64,000 nt of DNA, taken from Octopus vulgaris (taxonomy: Eukaryota). Shown here in pieces: positions 1 through 11,750 of this stretch (positions within the stretch are counted from its first letter, which is position 1; every line of letters starts with the position of its first letter). The position numbers and the translations under genes were made by a program. The stretch is from the NCBI GenBank assembly GCA_951406725.2, contig OX597818.1, forward strand, positions 109,430,001 through 109,494,000. The letters run 5' to 3'. The notes under the pieces are model-generated. The model saw nothing but the letters and a program-made list of their open reading frames with translations. It was not told where the DNA came from and searched no databases.

Positions 1-2
1 CA

Positions 3-2417
3 TACTGTCCCCTCCTCTCCAAGATATTCAATGCACACATCAATGTTGAGTTCTGTAACTCAGTGAAATCCATTAAGTATGTGTGCAAATATGTCAACAA
101 GGGATCAGACATGGCGGTCTTTGCAGTCCAGAGTTCAGAGAACAATGATGAAATCAAGACCTTCCAAATGGGAAGGTATATTAGTAGTGGTGAAGCATGT
201 TGGAGAATCTTCAATTTCCCCATTCATGAGAGATATCCCTGTGTGCAACATCTTGCAGTTCATTTGGAGAATGGCGAAAGGGTTTACTTCACTCCAGACA
301 CAGTCCAACAACAAATGGAAGCTCCCAAAAATACCACACTCACAGGATTCTTCCAGCTCTGTCAAAATGATAAATTTGCTAGAAGACTGCTATACAATGA
401 AGTTCCACAATTCTATACCTGGTGCCAAAACAAATGGAAAAGACGTGCAATTGGATCACCCACACGTCATCCGGGGATCAAGAAATCAGACACACTTAGC
501 AGAGTCTATGTTGTCCATCCCAACTACTCAGAGTGCTACTATTTAAGGCTTCTGTTACACCATGTCAAGGGACCAACGTCATTTACAGCCTTACGTACAG
601 TTGACAACACAGTATGTCAAACATATCGCCAGGCTTGCTATGTCAGAGGTCTTCTGGAAGATGATGCACACTGGGATGCCACTCTGAGAGAGGCACAAAT
701 GTGCAAGTCTCCATTGCAGCTGAGAAACCTCTTCTCCATCATGCTGGTGAACTGTGGATTGTCAAATCCAAATCAACTTTGGTACAAATACAAGGAGGGG
801 CTTTCTGAAGACATTCTTCAAATAATTCAATATCAGTGTGACGGTGATGTCACATTCAATGATGACATCTTCAATGAGGCATTAATATTAATAGATGACA
901 AGGTTCAATCACTGGGTGGAAACAAACTTGAAATTTATGGTCTTCCAGCTCCTGTCAGAGATGTTCAACACAGATTAGCACAAGAGCTAATCAGGGAAAC
1001 ATCATACAAGATGGAAAGTTTGCAAGCATTTGTCAATGAAAAGAAACCAATTCTGGTACAGGATCAAAAAGAGGTATACAGGCAAGTTCTGACATCTGTG
1101 GACAATAACACTGGTGGGGTCTTCTTCTTAGATGCTCCAGGAGGCACAGGAAAGACATTATTGATCAACTTGCTCCTTGCCAAGGTGAGACAGAAGAAGA
1201 AGATTGCTCTGGCTGTTGCATCCTCTGGAATTGCAGCCACACTCCTAACAGGGGGAAGAACAGCCCATTCAGCATTCAAGCTGCCTCTCAACCTCATTGA
1301 AAATGAATCTCCTTTATGCAACATATCCAAGAATACAGCATTAGCAAAGCTCCTTACAGATGCCAAACTCATTGTCTGGGATGAGGCAACAATGTCCCAT
1401 AAGGCAGCCTTTGAAGCGCTTGATAGAACACTACAAGACTTCAGAAACAATAAGAAGATCATGGGTGGTGTCACCCTCCTCATGGCTGGTGACTTCAGGC
1501 AAACACTGCCTGTCATTCCCAGAGGAACAAGGGCAGATGAGCTGAGAGCTTGCATCAAGTCCTCAAATATCTGGCAACATGTCAAGCAGCTTACTCTGAC
1601 AACCAACATGAGGGTTCACATTCATGGTGACCCCTTAGCTGCAGAGTTCTCCAACAAGTTACTTAACATTGGAAATGGAAAACTTCCACAAGATCCAGAA
1701 GATAGTCTGCACCACCTTCCATGTGGTAATATGACTGCCTCCCTTGACGACCTGAAGAGCAAGGTGTTTCCAAACATTGCCATAAACTATAAAAGTCACA
1801 AGTGGCTATGTGAAAGAACAATTCTGGCACCAAGGAATGATGCTGTAGACAAGCTGAATCTAAATTTGTTGTCTCAGCTTCCAGGACCTGAATGTTCATA
1901 CAAATCAACTGACTCTGTCCCTGACCAAGAACAAGCAACACATTACCCAGGGGAGTTCCTCAATTCACTGCAACCGCCAGGATTTCCACCACACATTCTG
2001 ATCATGAAAACAGGTGCTCCCATAATGCTATTAAGAAACCTTGATGCACCCAGACTCTGCAATGGAACAAGGTTGGTTGTTAAAACAGCCATGCCCCATG
2101 TGTTGGAAGCAACAATAATTACAGGCAACATGATGGGTGAGAATGTCTTCATTCCAAGGATACCTCTCATCTCAAATGATCTCCCCTTTCAGTTCAAGCG
2201 ACTGCAGTTTCCTGTCAAACTTAGCTTTGCAATGTCTATCAACAAAGCACAAGGTCAATCTCTGAAGGTGGTGGGACTTAACCTCCTTCAACCTTGCTTC
2301 TCACATGGACAGCTGTATGTTGGATGTTCTAGAGTTGGAGATGAAAAGAACCTCTTTATTCTCAGTGATAAACATGGCAAGACAGAAAACATAGTATATG
2401 AAGAAGCACTTACATGA
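3..2417 (+). CDS. Helitron Rep/helicase, C-terminal part (5' end outside window)
   Basis: The frame is open from base 3 (YCPLLSKIFNAHINVEFCNSVKSIKYVCKYVNKG, HUH Rep motif with YxxKY) to TGA at 2417. PIF1 motifs present: LDAPGGTGKT, IVWDEATM, GDFRQTLPV, FAMSINKAQGQSL, HGQLYVGCSRV. No stops or frameshifts. Confidence 0.96.
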   Translation, partial: YCPLLSKIFNAHINVEFCNSVKSIKYVCKYVNKGSDMAVFAVQSSENNDEIKTFQMGRYISSGEACWRIFNFPIHERYPCVQHLAVHLENGERVYFTPDTVQQQMEAPKNTTLTGFFQLCQNDKFARRLLYNEVPQFYTWCQNKWKRRAIGSPTRHPGIKKSDTLSRVYVVHPNYSECYYLRLLLHHVKGPTSFTALRTVDNTVCQTYRQACYVRGLLEDDAHWDATLREAQMCKSPLQLRNLFSIMLVNCGLSNPNQLWYKYKEGLSEDILQIIQYQCDGDVTFNDDIFNEALILIDDKVQSLGGNKLEIYGLPAPVRDVQHRLAQELIRETSYKMESLQAFVNEKKPILVQDQKEVYRQVLTSVDNNTGGVFFLDAPGGTGKTLLINLLLAKVRQKKKIALAVASSGIAATLLTGGRTAHSAFKLPLNLIENESPLCNISKNTALAKLLTDAKLIVWDEATMSHKAAFEALDRTLQDFRNNKKIMGGVTLLMAGDFRQTLPVIPRGTRADELRACIKSSNIWQHVKQLTLTTNMRVHIHGDPLAAEFSNKLLNIGNGKLPQDPEDSLHHLPCGNMTASLDDLKSKVFPNIAINYKSHKWLCERTILAPRNDAVDKLNLNLLSQLPGPECSYKSTDSVPDQEQATHYPGEFLNSLQPPGFPPHILIMKTGAPIMLLRNLDAPRLCNGTRLVVKTAMPHVLEATIITGNMMGENVFIPRIPLISNDLPFQFKRLQFPVKLSFAMSINKAQGQSLKVVGLNLLQPCFSHGQLYVGCSRVGDEKNLFILSDKHGKTENIVYEEALT

Positions 2418-2558
2418 ATAGTATGTCCATGTCATATACTGAAGTGTAAAACCATTGAGTGTTAAAGTAAGTATTACTATTACACTTTCAGTTTTTGACT
2501 GACATGCATGAATGTATATCTGTGTGTATAAAAGTGAAACAATAACATGATACATTTG

Positions 2559-2561
<3 letters not shown>

Positions 2562-2602
<41 letters not shown>

Positions 2603-2730
2603 ATGCGTGTGCGTGCATGCGTGTGCGTGCATGCGTGTGCGTGCATGCGTGTGCGTGCATGCGTGTGCGTGCATGCGTGTGCGTGCATGCGTGTGCGTGC
2701 ATGCGTGTGCGTGCATGCGTGTGCGTGCAT
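2562..2730. repeat. (TG)n followed by about 9 copies of the 14-bp unit GCATGCGTGTGCGT
   Basis: Directly visible; purely alternating purine-pyrimidine. Confidence 0.95.
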
Positions 2731-3004
2731 ACTCAACTTTCATTGTTTAAAATCTGTACCTGTTTCTGAATTATGTGTATCTACTTTAAATACACGAGTT
2801 GAAAATTTTCTTTTCATATTTCACTTAACGTCTATGTTCCTTGCTGACATGGGTTGGAGAGTTATTAATGTAGAAAGTTGGTATCTCAGCTATCTCAGCT
2901 ACTAGCAATTGAGACGTACATAATCTAGATGGCATTTTTAAATTTCATTCTTCTCTTTAACCCGGGCAACACCAGGTATTTCTGCTAGTTATAACTATAA
3001 AACA

Positions 3005-3170
3005 CAAACACTCATATACAACAGGCTCTTTTTCAATTTCCTTCTACTAAATCCACAAATCCATTCACAACGCCTTGGGTTATAGTGGATGACATTTGCC
3101 CAAAGTGGTATACAGTGGGACAGAACCCAAAGCTATGGAGAGTTTAATGTAACATCTTTAGCCAGACCGC
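3005..3170 (-). mobile_element. tRNA-derived SINE (family A), decayed 5' part
   Basis: Similar to the head region of the copy at 9322-9695 (aaatcca...ttgcccaa..gtgg...cagtggga..gaaccca). Confidence 0.6.
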
Positions 3171-3198
3171 CATATCTATCTATCTATATATATATATA

Positions 3199-4080
3199 TA
3201 GGGTGTGGTGAATAAGCTGTTGTGTAAATTACACAAAAATGAAAATAACACTGCCATCTCATTTTAACAGATATATTTACCAAAATTACATAAAAACATC
3301 TTGAAATACTGAAGAGTAAATTTATTCAATAAAATCACCATTGGCTTCAACCACGGCCTCCAAACGATTTCGGAATCTCCTGCAAATCATCTGGATTGTT
3401 TAAGTTGGTGAATGCTGCCATAATGCTTGTTATCAGTTCATTTCTGGTGTTGCAAGAAGTTTTGTTAGTCTCTCGTTCAACTGTGCCCCCCACATAATAA
3501 TGAAAGGGGTTGCAGTCTGGGAAGTTATGTGGCCAGATATTGGAGGTGATTTGGTTGCAGAAATTTTCTGACAGCCACGACTGGGTTCTCCTGTTTGTGT
3601 GGCATGGCGCAGAGTCCTGTTGCCAAGCATTGGGTCTTCCAGCAGCCATTCTTTTGACCCAGTGCAGCACTACCTCCACTTGGCACTTGATATAGGCCTC
3701 CATGTTAAATCTAAGGCCCTGTGGGAAGATGAATGGAGGCATAATGTCGTCATTACTAGTGATCACTCCAAATAGCATGATGTTGACTGGATGTTTGATT
3801 TTAATCACTCTTGGTACATGTCCTTAGATTGCACTGTCCTCAGATTGACATCCAAACACACTGAAATATTCATATTGGAGCTTCCAGCACAAATGCCAAG
3901 CAGTACAACATGTCATTTTCAAATTTCTGGCAGAGTGAATTGCATCATGGTGCTGTTTTTCTTACAGATGGTGCCCGACTGACCCTGCTATACTGTGTAG
4001 TCAACAAAATCAAAAACAAAACAATGTGCATGCACGAAATTAGAAATATAATATCATGACAATTTACCCATCGCACCCTG
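3199..4080 (-). mobile_element. Tc1/mariner DD37D (maT-type) transposon, internally deleted
   Basis: TIRs (C/T)AGGGTG(C/T)G..G..TAA..TGT flanked by TA. The ORF remnant has QQDSAPCHT, then 37 aa after the D, then PDCNPF[H]YY (third D mutated). About 430 bp are missing near 3825 relative to the copy at 53267-54542. Confidence 0.9.
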
Positions 4081-5564
4081 TATATACACTTAGGGGGGGA
4101 GGTTGTGTGTGAGTGTGTTTGTGAATGATTGTGTTTGTAAGTGTGTGAACATGCTTGTGAGTGTGGATGTGTATGCATGTGTGTGTGTGGTTTGAAGGTT
4201 CAGTCCCAAAGTTGTAACTGGGGCAAGGGGAAAAGATATTGTTGGAGTAAATGGGATGGTAAGAGTAATGTGGAAGTGGGGATTCAAGTGTGTAACAAAA
4301 TCATGGAGGTGCGTGGCATGTCTCCCCCCCCCCCACTCCAAAGACAAAGGATTAAGCTAAAACATGCCAATGAAATGCACGAATTCTGTGAAGAGATAAA
4401 AATTCTTTTAGAAGACACATAGCTTCTTCGTTACCACCATCATCATCATCCATCATTTTAAATCCGGGTTTTGCCCCCGTTAATGGGGGTGGCTGGATCT
4501 ACCTCAATGCTATAGAAACCGCCCTCACACCATCTTGCCCGGTTTGGGGCATCCTCCCTTCTCAAGCCAACCCTCCCAATCTCCTCCTCCACCTGTTCCC
4601 TCCACATTTTCCTCAGTCTACCTCGCTTTCACTGTCTATTTACCTCAAACTCTAGCACCCTCTTCAGAACATGCTCCTCATCAACTCTTCAACACATGCC
4701 CATACCACACTCCATTCACCCTTCTCGACCGTTCCACCGATTCCTCCAACCCCAGCATTCCGTACATGCTCAAGCATATTCAAGTGTAGGTGTGTGTGGT
4801 GTGTGTGTGTATTGTGTGTGTGTGTAGTGGTGAGTGTGTGTACATGGGTGGGTGTATGAATGTTGTCTAAGTGTGTGCATCTGTATATATGTAAATGCAT
4901 TTACACCCTTGGGTTGATGTATTCATTGTATTGCAACTGGTTCTATTGCTTAGATTTCTTCACACACAAAAAGTTTTATTTAACTGCTACACATAGCAAA
5001 ACCTTGCACATTTAACTAGACTTCACTATACACACACACACACACACACAGACAAAAATACCAGTAACATGAAATCTCCACCACACCTCTCATTTTCTCT
5101 CCTTTGCTAGTGCTCTTCCTCTTCATTCTTCTCCCTCTCTCGCTCTTCCAACTTGTCTCTCTAACCTGACTTCAATGAGACCCAGATTGTGCTTTTACTC
5201 TGTCATTCTATCCCACTTCCAAGCTTTCATTCTACCTCAGACCTTTCATGTAGACAGAGAACATAAATGCATCATGTTTTTCCTTTTTACCTCTCTTCCT
5301 CTTGCATCATTTAATTTTTACATGTTTTCTCTTCTTCAATAAAGAGTATCACCCAAAATATCAGATACACTTCCGTTTCTTTTACTGGCATATTTATCTT
5401 CATTGTACATTTCTTTGATTGCTTTTTTTTTTTTTTTTTTTGCTTTATATTTCTACATTTTTTACAGAAATGTGCTTTTCCTTGCCTGACTCTGTCTTGT
5501 TTGTTTCACTCCTTTTTACCTCATAAATTTACTTCTGTTCTGTGATTTTCATTATATATATCTA

Positions 5565-5950
5565 TATTTATCTTTTACTTATTTCATTAGACTGCAACCA
5601 TGCTGGAGCACCACCTTGAAGGAATTTGGTTGAATGAATCAACCCCAGTACTTACATTTTTTAGCCTGCTACATATTCTATTAGTCGCTTTTGCCAAACA
5701 GCTAAGTTACAGGGATGTAAGCACACAAAAACTAGCTGTCAAGGGGCAGTGAGGTCAAACACAGACAAACATGTGCACAAATGCATGCACACACATAAGC
5801 GACAAGCTTCTTTCAGTTTCTAGCAACCAAATCCACTCAATTAGGTCAGCTTGAGCGTATAGTAGAAGATACTGGCCCAGGGTGCCTTGCAGTGGAACTG
5901 AACATGTAACCATGTGGTTGGGAAGCAAACTTCTTAGTACACAGCCATGT
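5565..5950 (-). mobile_element. tRNA-derived SINE (family A)
   Basis: Head (aagtttgcttcccaaccacatgg..ttcagttccactgc..ggcacc) and tail (ggtggtgctccagcatggttgcagtc) shared with about 10 copies in the window. Confidence 0.85.
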
Positions 5951-7494
5951 CTGTGTCTATGTACGTGTAAACACATACACAGCTGTATGTACACACACAC
6001 ACACACACATAGATGATCGTTATCTTCATTTTAATGTCTACTCATCAGAGCTTGGATGAATCAGACAAGAGTATGTTACTGCAGAGTTCTTTACAGCTAG
6101 ATGCCATTTCTGATGCCAACCCCCAACCACCACCTTCAATGAGCTCAACCAGTCACATTATGCTGACTGAAATATAAGAGTGATCTATCCCAAGTCAGTC
6201 CATCACACCTCCCCCTTTTTATTGTCTGATGCTGAAGAGGAGATAACTACTCCAAAATACCAGCATCCATTCGTCTACCTAGGGAGTGCTTTAAAATGAC
6301 TTAGTGCATACACACCTATGTGTCTACAGCAAAAAATACACATGTATTTTCTCCATGATAGAGAATGGCCTTTTTTTATGCATTTGAATATGCCTCAAGC
6401 ATGTTTGAACTAGTAACAAGTTTATAGTTGTCTGATATGTACACAAATCCCTTTTCATAGTAACTACTTATCTCCTGTCAAATTTATTTATATGTAGTGT
6501 GTGTGGACATGCATATATGTATATGCACATATGAATGTCAAATTTAATGAACAGCTTGAGTAATTCATCAGTTCAACAGGTAATGAAATGTACTTAACCA
6601 CCCTGCTTTTAAAGCTCTATGGGCGTGATTATTTTGAAGTATTTGAATTCATTGTGTAATATAACACATCAACAATGCTCAATATATTCAGATTTGCACA
6701 TACTCTGTTTTATGTAGATACCCCTGCATGTGTAATTTTTTTAAATGTATACAGTTAGTACAATTACCATCTTTATACTGTTAATCTAATATCTATTTTT
6801 ATCAGTGGAACACACAAAAGTGAAAAATAAAATTTATATGGAAGCTTTCATCTTGTCAACAAAAAGTATGTCTCAGAAGAAGAAAGAAGACAATCAAACA
6901 TTTCAATCATAAGTTTGTTTATCATGGTATCAAATTTGAAAATAAACACAATATATCTTATAATCTGATAGATAGAAAATGTTTATTTTTATTTTTCTAC
7001 ATATTATTTAATATCAGATGATATTGCAAACTAGAGCTCAACATCCCAAGATATTTACAACTGTGGTAGCATTTCTTTAGATAAATTATTGTTTTTTATA
7101 CCTGTTGTACTGAGTTCATCCTACTATGTTCTACACCAGCAGTTCCCAGGGCCTCATGCCACCTTCAAGCATCCTTCCAGTGGCCCTTCACAGTCTTCCC
7201 TTTATAAATATAAATTTTTCTCTAATTGACTTGTGGTTTACATTTTTTGGTGTGGCCCCTAAAAAAATCCAGGTTAAGCCTCTGGCTTGGATATTAAAAC
7301 AGTTGAGACCCACTGTTCTAGGCTTACTCTCTTAAAATGAAATTAAGAAAATTATCATCCTACACATTCTTTTAGAAAGCACAAAACAGACATACAACCT
7401 TTCATTTCCAAGACATGACTGATAACTTTCATCAGTATTCTCAGTCTCACCTATCAACTTCAAGATAGTCAACACAGCCTATGGAATATGTCGT

Positions 7495-7805
7495 CATCAT
7501 CATCATCATCATCAAGGTCCAATTTCCATGTTGACAGGAGTCGGACAGTTTGACAGGAGCTGGTAAGTCACAGAGCTGCACCAGGCTTCAACTCTCTGTT
7601 TTGCCATTCCTAATACCAACCACTTTACAGAGTGTACTGGGTGCTTTTTATGTTGCACCAGTGCCTTATACATGGCACCAGCACCTGTGCGTTTTTTGTA
7701 GTACTAGCATGGGTGCTTTTTACATGGCATTGGCATGGGTGTTGTACATGTGGAACTGGCACAGGTGATTTATACATGCCACCAACATAGGTGCTTTTTA
7801 TGTGG
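7495..7805 (-). mobile_element. RTE LINE 3' UTR fragment with (GAT)n tail
   Basis: (CAT)n run followed by sequence matching the 3' UTR of the RTE at 57515-58212; several ggtgcttttt..tggca repeat units. Confidence 0.75.
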
Positions 7806-8744
7806 CTGTCTTATTTATTGTAAAAATGTTTCCTTTGGTTTTTGAGGTTGTTTGTTTATATTTTTTATGGAAAAAATTTAAGTCAAATTTATAAGGAGGA
7901 AATAAATAGAAAGTGGAGAGTATGGATGATCAAATCATTTATGACAACCAACCATATCTTATCATAATCAGTATGTTGAGTTCAAGACACTTTATTCTGA
8001 AAGACGGATACACCTAGCTTTAAATGGATATTGTATGTGGTATAACAGAAGACTTCAGAAACCTGAAGTATTCAACAACTTCATGGGGCTTTATGATTTA
8101 GAAAAATTGTTAGAAATGAGAGATTGCAATGCTGATATTGTTTCCAAGTGTAAAAATGTAAGTGAAATAGTATCAATTAAAAATCAAAATCAGAAGATAA
8201 TCTCAATTTTCTGAAGACATAACAAACTACAGAAAACCAATTTAGTAAAATATTTTAAAATGAACTGAAACAATTAATATTGTTCAATATACTTAGCACT
8301 TCAATTTAGAATATAGTTTCATTTAATTAATTCTTTTTTTTAAATTAATTTTTCAATAATCTTTAAGAACTTGTGCTTAAGGTCACATATAAATGAGAAT
8401 AGCACAATGAATATTTCAGTTTCATGAAATCCTCACAGACAGTAAAGAAAATTTTGTCTAATTCTGTAAATATTTCATCTAAATCTATGTTTGGGTGTTG
8501 TGAATAATGTATAACCTTTTCACTCAATAAATGTTGCTACCTATATCCAGCTGTAATCAGTCTACATTATAACTCTATACATTGAAGTAAGCTAGATCAG
8601 AGTAAGACATTTGTCTAGTTCTTTTTCAATGACAAAGTAGAGTTCAGTTAGTTACACAGGTTACTACAAAATTCTATGACTGCCTTAGACTACTGCTTGA
8701 AGCAAATATTGAGTTATCTGTGGTAAAGCAGCACTTTACAGTTA

Positions 8745-8885
8745 ATCATTTGGTCAAAAATAGCAGCTAAATTACCCTCAAATCACACTCTCAATCATCT
8801 TAAAAGCACTATCTTTAAAAAATATGGGGGGTCATGACTGGAACATGAATGAATACAGTTCTGTTTTGTGCTAAACAACAACTCT
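8745..8885 (+). repeat. Dispersed short repeat family (aaatagcagc.aaa...cctcaaatcacac...ggtcatg.ctg...gctaaacaaca)
   Basis: Related copies at about 12110-12290 (-), 35260-35455 (+), and partial ones near 10310-10430 and 27760-27830. Class not determined. Confidence 0.55.
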
Positions 8886-9100
8886 GGCACAATTGCATGG
8901 TGTGATGCTATTTTCTGTGTATGACACTTTTTCCCCAAGTGTACAGTTTTTAATAAACCACAAATGATTTTTTAAGATATACTCTCTCTCTATATATATG
9001 TATATATATATATAAGATACATATATAGGGTAGCGAATATTCATTATAAATCTCACCACCAGTGGCCTAGCATGTATAAATAGTCAATAGACAACATATT

Positions 9101-9274
9101 CATATTTTAAAATAGTATACATTTAAATACAAAAGAAAACTACCCTTTAACAGGTAATTTTTACATGCTAGAAATGGCTGCTATTTCGTGTTGGCTGCTA
9201 TTTCTAGCATGTAAAAATGACCTGTTAAAAGGTAGTTTTCTCTTGTGTTTAAATGTACACTATTTTAAAATATG
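9101..9274. repeat. Fold-back (about 75-bp arms), MITE-like
   Basis: CATATTTTAAAATAGTATACATTTAAA...ACATGCTAGAAAT is the near-perfect reverse complement of ATTTCTAGCATGT...TTTAAATGTACACTATTTTAAAATATG. Confidence 0.9.
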
Positions 9275-9321
9275 TGTGTGTGTATATATATATATACATA
9301 TATATATATGGTGTTTTATAT

Positions 9322-9695
9322 TTACTCTTTTACTTGTTTCAGTCATTTGACTGCGGCCATGCTGGAGCATCGCCTTTAATCGAGCAACTCGACCCCGGGA
9401 CTTATTCTTTTGTAAGCCCAGTACTTATTCTATCGGTCTCTTTTGCCGAACCGCTAAGTAACAGGGACATAAACACACCAGCATCGGTTGTCAAGCAATG
9501 CTAGGGGGACAAACACAGACACACAAACACACACACGCATATACATATATACGATGGGCTTCTGTCAGTTTCCGTCTACCAAATCCACTCACTGGTCGGC
9601 CCGAGGCTATAGTAGAAGGCACTTGCCCAAGGTGCCACGCAGTGGGACTGAACCCAGAACCATATGGTTGGTAAACAAGCTACTTACCACACAGC
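9322..9695 (-). mobile_element. tRNA-derived SINE (family A), well preserved
   Basis: Minus strand reads gtgtggtaagtagcttg (A-box-like), gggttcagtccc (B-box-like), ccttgggcaagtg core, internal (TG)n, and tail gctccagcatggccgcagtcaaatgactgaaacaagtaaaaga. Confidence 0.9.
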
Positions 9696-9917
9696 GCCTG
9701 TGGTAGACATTTCATTTAACAGTGTATTTAAATGTTCAAGTATTTTTCTTTACATAAATATATGCAGATTAGTGCACTTCATGTTTCAAATAATAAAAAA
9801 AAAACCTTCAATTTTCATCTACTGAGTCACAATATCATTATGCCTGTGTTCTATAAGTTCAACAGATTCAGGAGTCATTTACTTAATACAAAACCTCCAA
9901 AGCTTCATACTGTAATA

Positions 9918-10150
9918 GTACATTATTTACAATGGATGGAAAGGTGCCCTCACTTTGTTGTTACCATGTTTCGGCTGATGTACCTTCCACCCTTCATCAG
10001 GTGTTCTGCTAGAATTTCAAACCCAACCCTTTTGAAATTTCAAAATTCCACCAGAACATCAGATGAAGGCTCAAGAGTACATCAGCTGAAACATTGTGGT
10101 AACAACAAACAAGGTGAGGGACATCTATCTGTCCATTGTAAATAATGTAC
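9918..10150. mobile_element. Fold-back element with a hammerhead-like motif in each arm (Penelope-related)
   Basis: Arms GTACATTATTTACAATGGA.../...TCCATTGTAAATAATGTAC. Minus arm: GAACAC-CTGATGA-AGGGTG..CAGCC-GAAA-CAT. Plus arm: CAGATGA-AGGCTC..CAGCT-GAAA-CAT-T-GTGGT. Homologous to 33508-33936. Confidence 0.8.
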
Positions 10151-11445
10151 ATAATTCTTTGTCTCAAAAATGTAGAATAATATTCCCGTAATAGTACTTG
10201 TTCAATCATGAATTATATTGTGTCACATGCAGGTTGTATAGCAGTTCTAACTTGGAGAAGGCAGTTTGCTATTACTGAAAATGTGTAGTTGCTTGACCTG
10301 TTATACATAGCAGGTAAATTTCCTTAAAAAAAAGGACACATTGGATAATGTAATCTTTAACAAACTATACATGGAAAAAGAATCATTTTAACCATATGCT
10401 TTCTTAATTTTAGTCATATGCTTTCTGATCTAGAATAAAATAGCAACAGCTCATCTTAGGTTAAAGGAAGAGACAAAAAGTAAAAGTGTGGTAAGCAAAA
10501 TTATATTAATTTACTAATTATCTTACAATGCTTGACACACTAATACTGCACTAAAAAGAACTATGGCATAAGAAATAAATACAAATTATAAGTATGCAAA
10601 AGAACAAAGTTATATTCTTATCCTCAGTAGTAAAGTTAGTGGATAGTTCCATCAAAATTCTTTACTTTTAACTCATACCATTTAAGAAAGTATGCAATTT
10701 GTCTATTCAGGAGAGCAACTTACTGTATCAATATTTCTTTCACCTAAGACAGTTCAATATTTCAAAGTGCCTCCAATATTAATGTATTTGTTGCATACAT
10801 ATGTATATGAGAGCTGCACACATTCATGTGTACAAATACAAGCTTGAATGTTTCATACATGCATGCACGCATGTGCGTGTATGCTCACATTTTCTTTTGG
10901 ATCATTTAGTGTCTGTCAGTAAATTTCTCTTTTTTTTCTTCTCTCCAATATTTTATTAAATGACTCCATCAAGAGATTAAAGTAGCTTCGTTTCCCTCCC
11001 CCACCACCTCCCAATCCATTGTAGAGATTAAGAATGAAAATTATTTCTCATTTGTTCAAGAAATACTTTCTCAAGACAGTTTGTTAAATACCAAACTCAT
11101 CATCTTCATTAGTTTAATATGCAACATTCATTTTAGTTTTTATTCTATGCTAGTACAATCTACTCAGCACATTTTAACTCGTATAACTAAATTGGCAGAG
11201 CTTAACTTATTAATCAATGAAAGTATAAGACTACATAAGAATTTAGAAAAGGCATTGGCAAAAACACTGAAAAGAAAGAAATTTACTTCTATAAGATGTT
11301 GAGAACTCATATTTTCTGTGTAAATCATAGTTTAAATCTGAACAAAGTAAATGTTAAGCAATTCTAGGTCAAAATTGGTATTACAAAATTTACAGAGAAA
11401 AACAACTACAAAACATGGAATATTCCCAGAATAAAACTATTCTAC

Positions 11446-11750
11446 AGTTGTGTCTGGAAAGAGTCATTCTCTTTTAGTGCCTTATAATTTAACACACTCA
11501 CCAGTAAAATTTCCACTCATTTACTTATTTATGTTTCTAAAATTTTCATTGTGTCTTGCAACCTTTTCAATAGTTATTAAAAGATACAATGAAAATTTTA
11601 GAAAAATAAATAAGTAAATGAGTGGAAATTTTACTGGTGAGTGTGTTAAATTAACAGGCACTAAAAGAGAATGACTCTCCCCAGACACAACAGAATATGC
11701 TTCAACACAGGAACTCACATAAAGAATCTTGCAAACCAAATCCAAAAACG
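11446..11750. mobile_element. Asymmetric fold-back insertion with 12-bp target-site duplication
   Basis: 11447-11691 is an inverted repeat with roughly 105-bp arms, and the right arm extends about 60 bp further. AAACTATTCTAC occurs at 11434-11445 and 11751-11762. Same family as 63750-64000. Confidence 0.85.

Larger units (their letters stand above)
1..2988 (+). mobile_element. Helitron, 3' portion with terminus
   Basis: The RepHel ORF is followed by a subterminal hairpin ACCCGGGCAACACCAGGT (2960-2977) and CTAG|T at 2985-2989, the canonical Helitron 3' end. Confidence 0.9.

Noticed and set aside
7060-7320. hAT-type MITE (CAGTGGGTCTCAAC on minus at about 7315)
   Set aside because: Only one terminus is recognisable and no TSD was found.
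11090-11125. HIKL on the minus strand as kinase subdomain VII
   Set aside because: Not followed by TDFG; coincidental.
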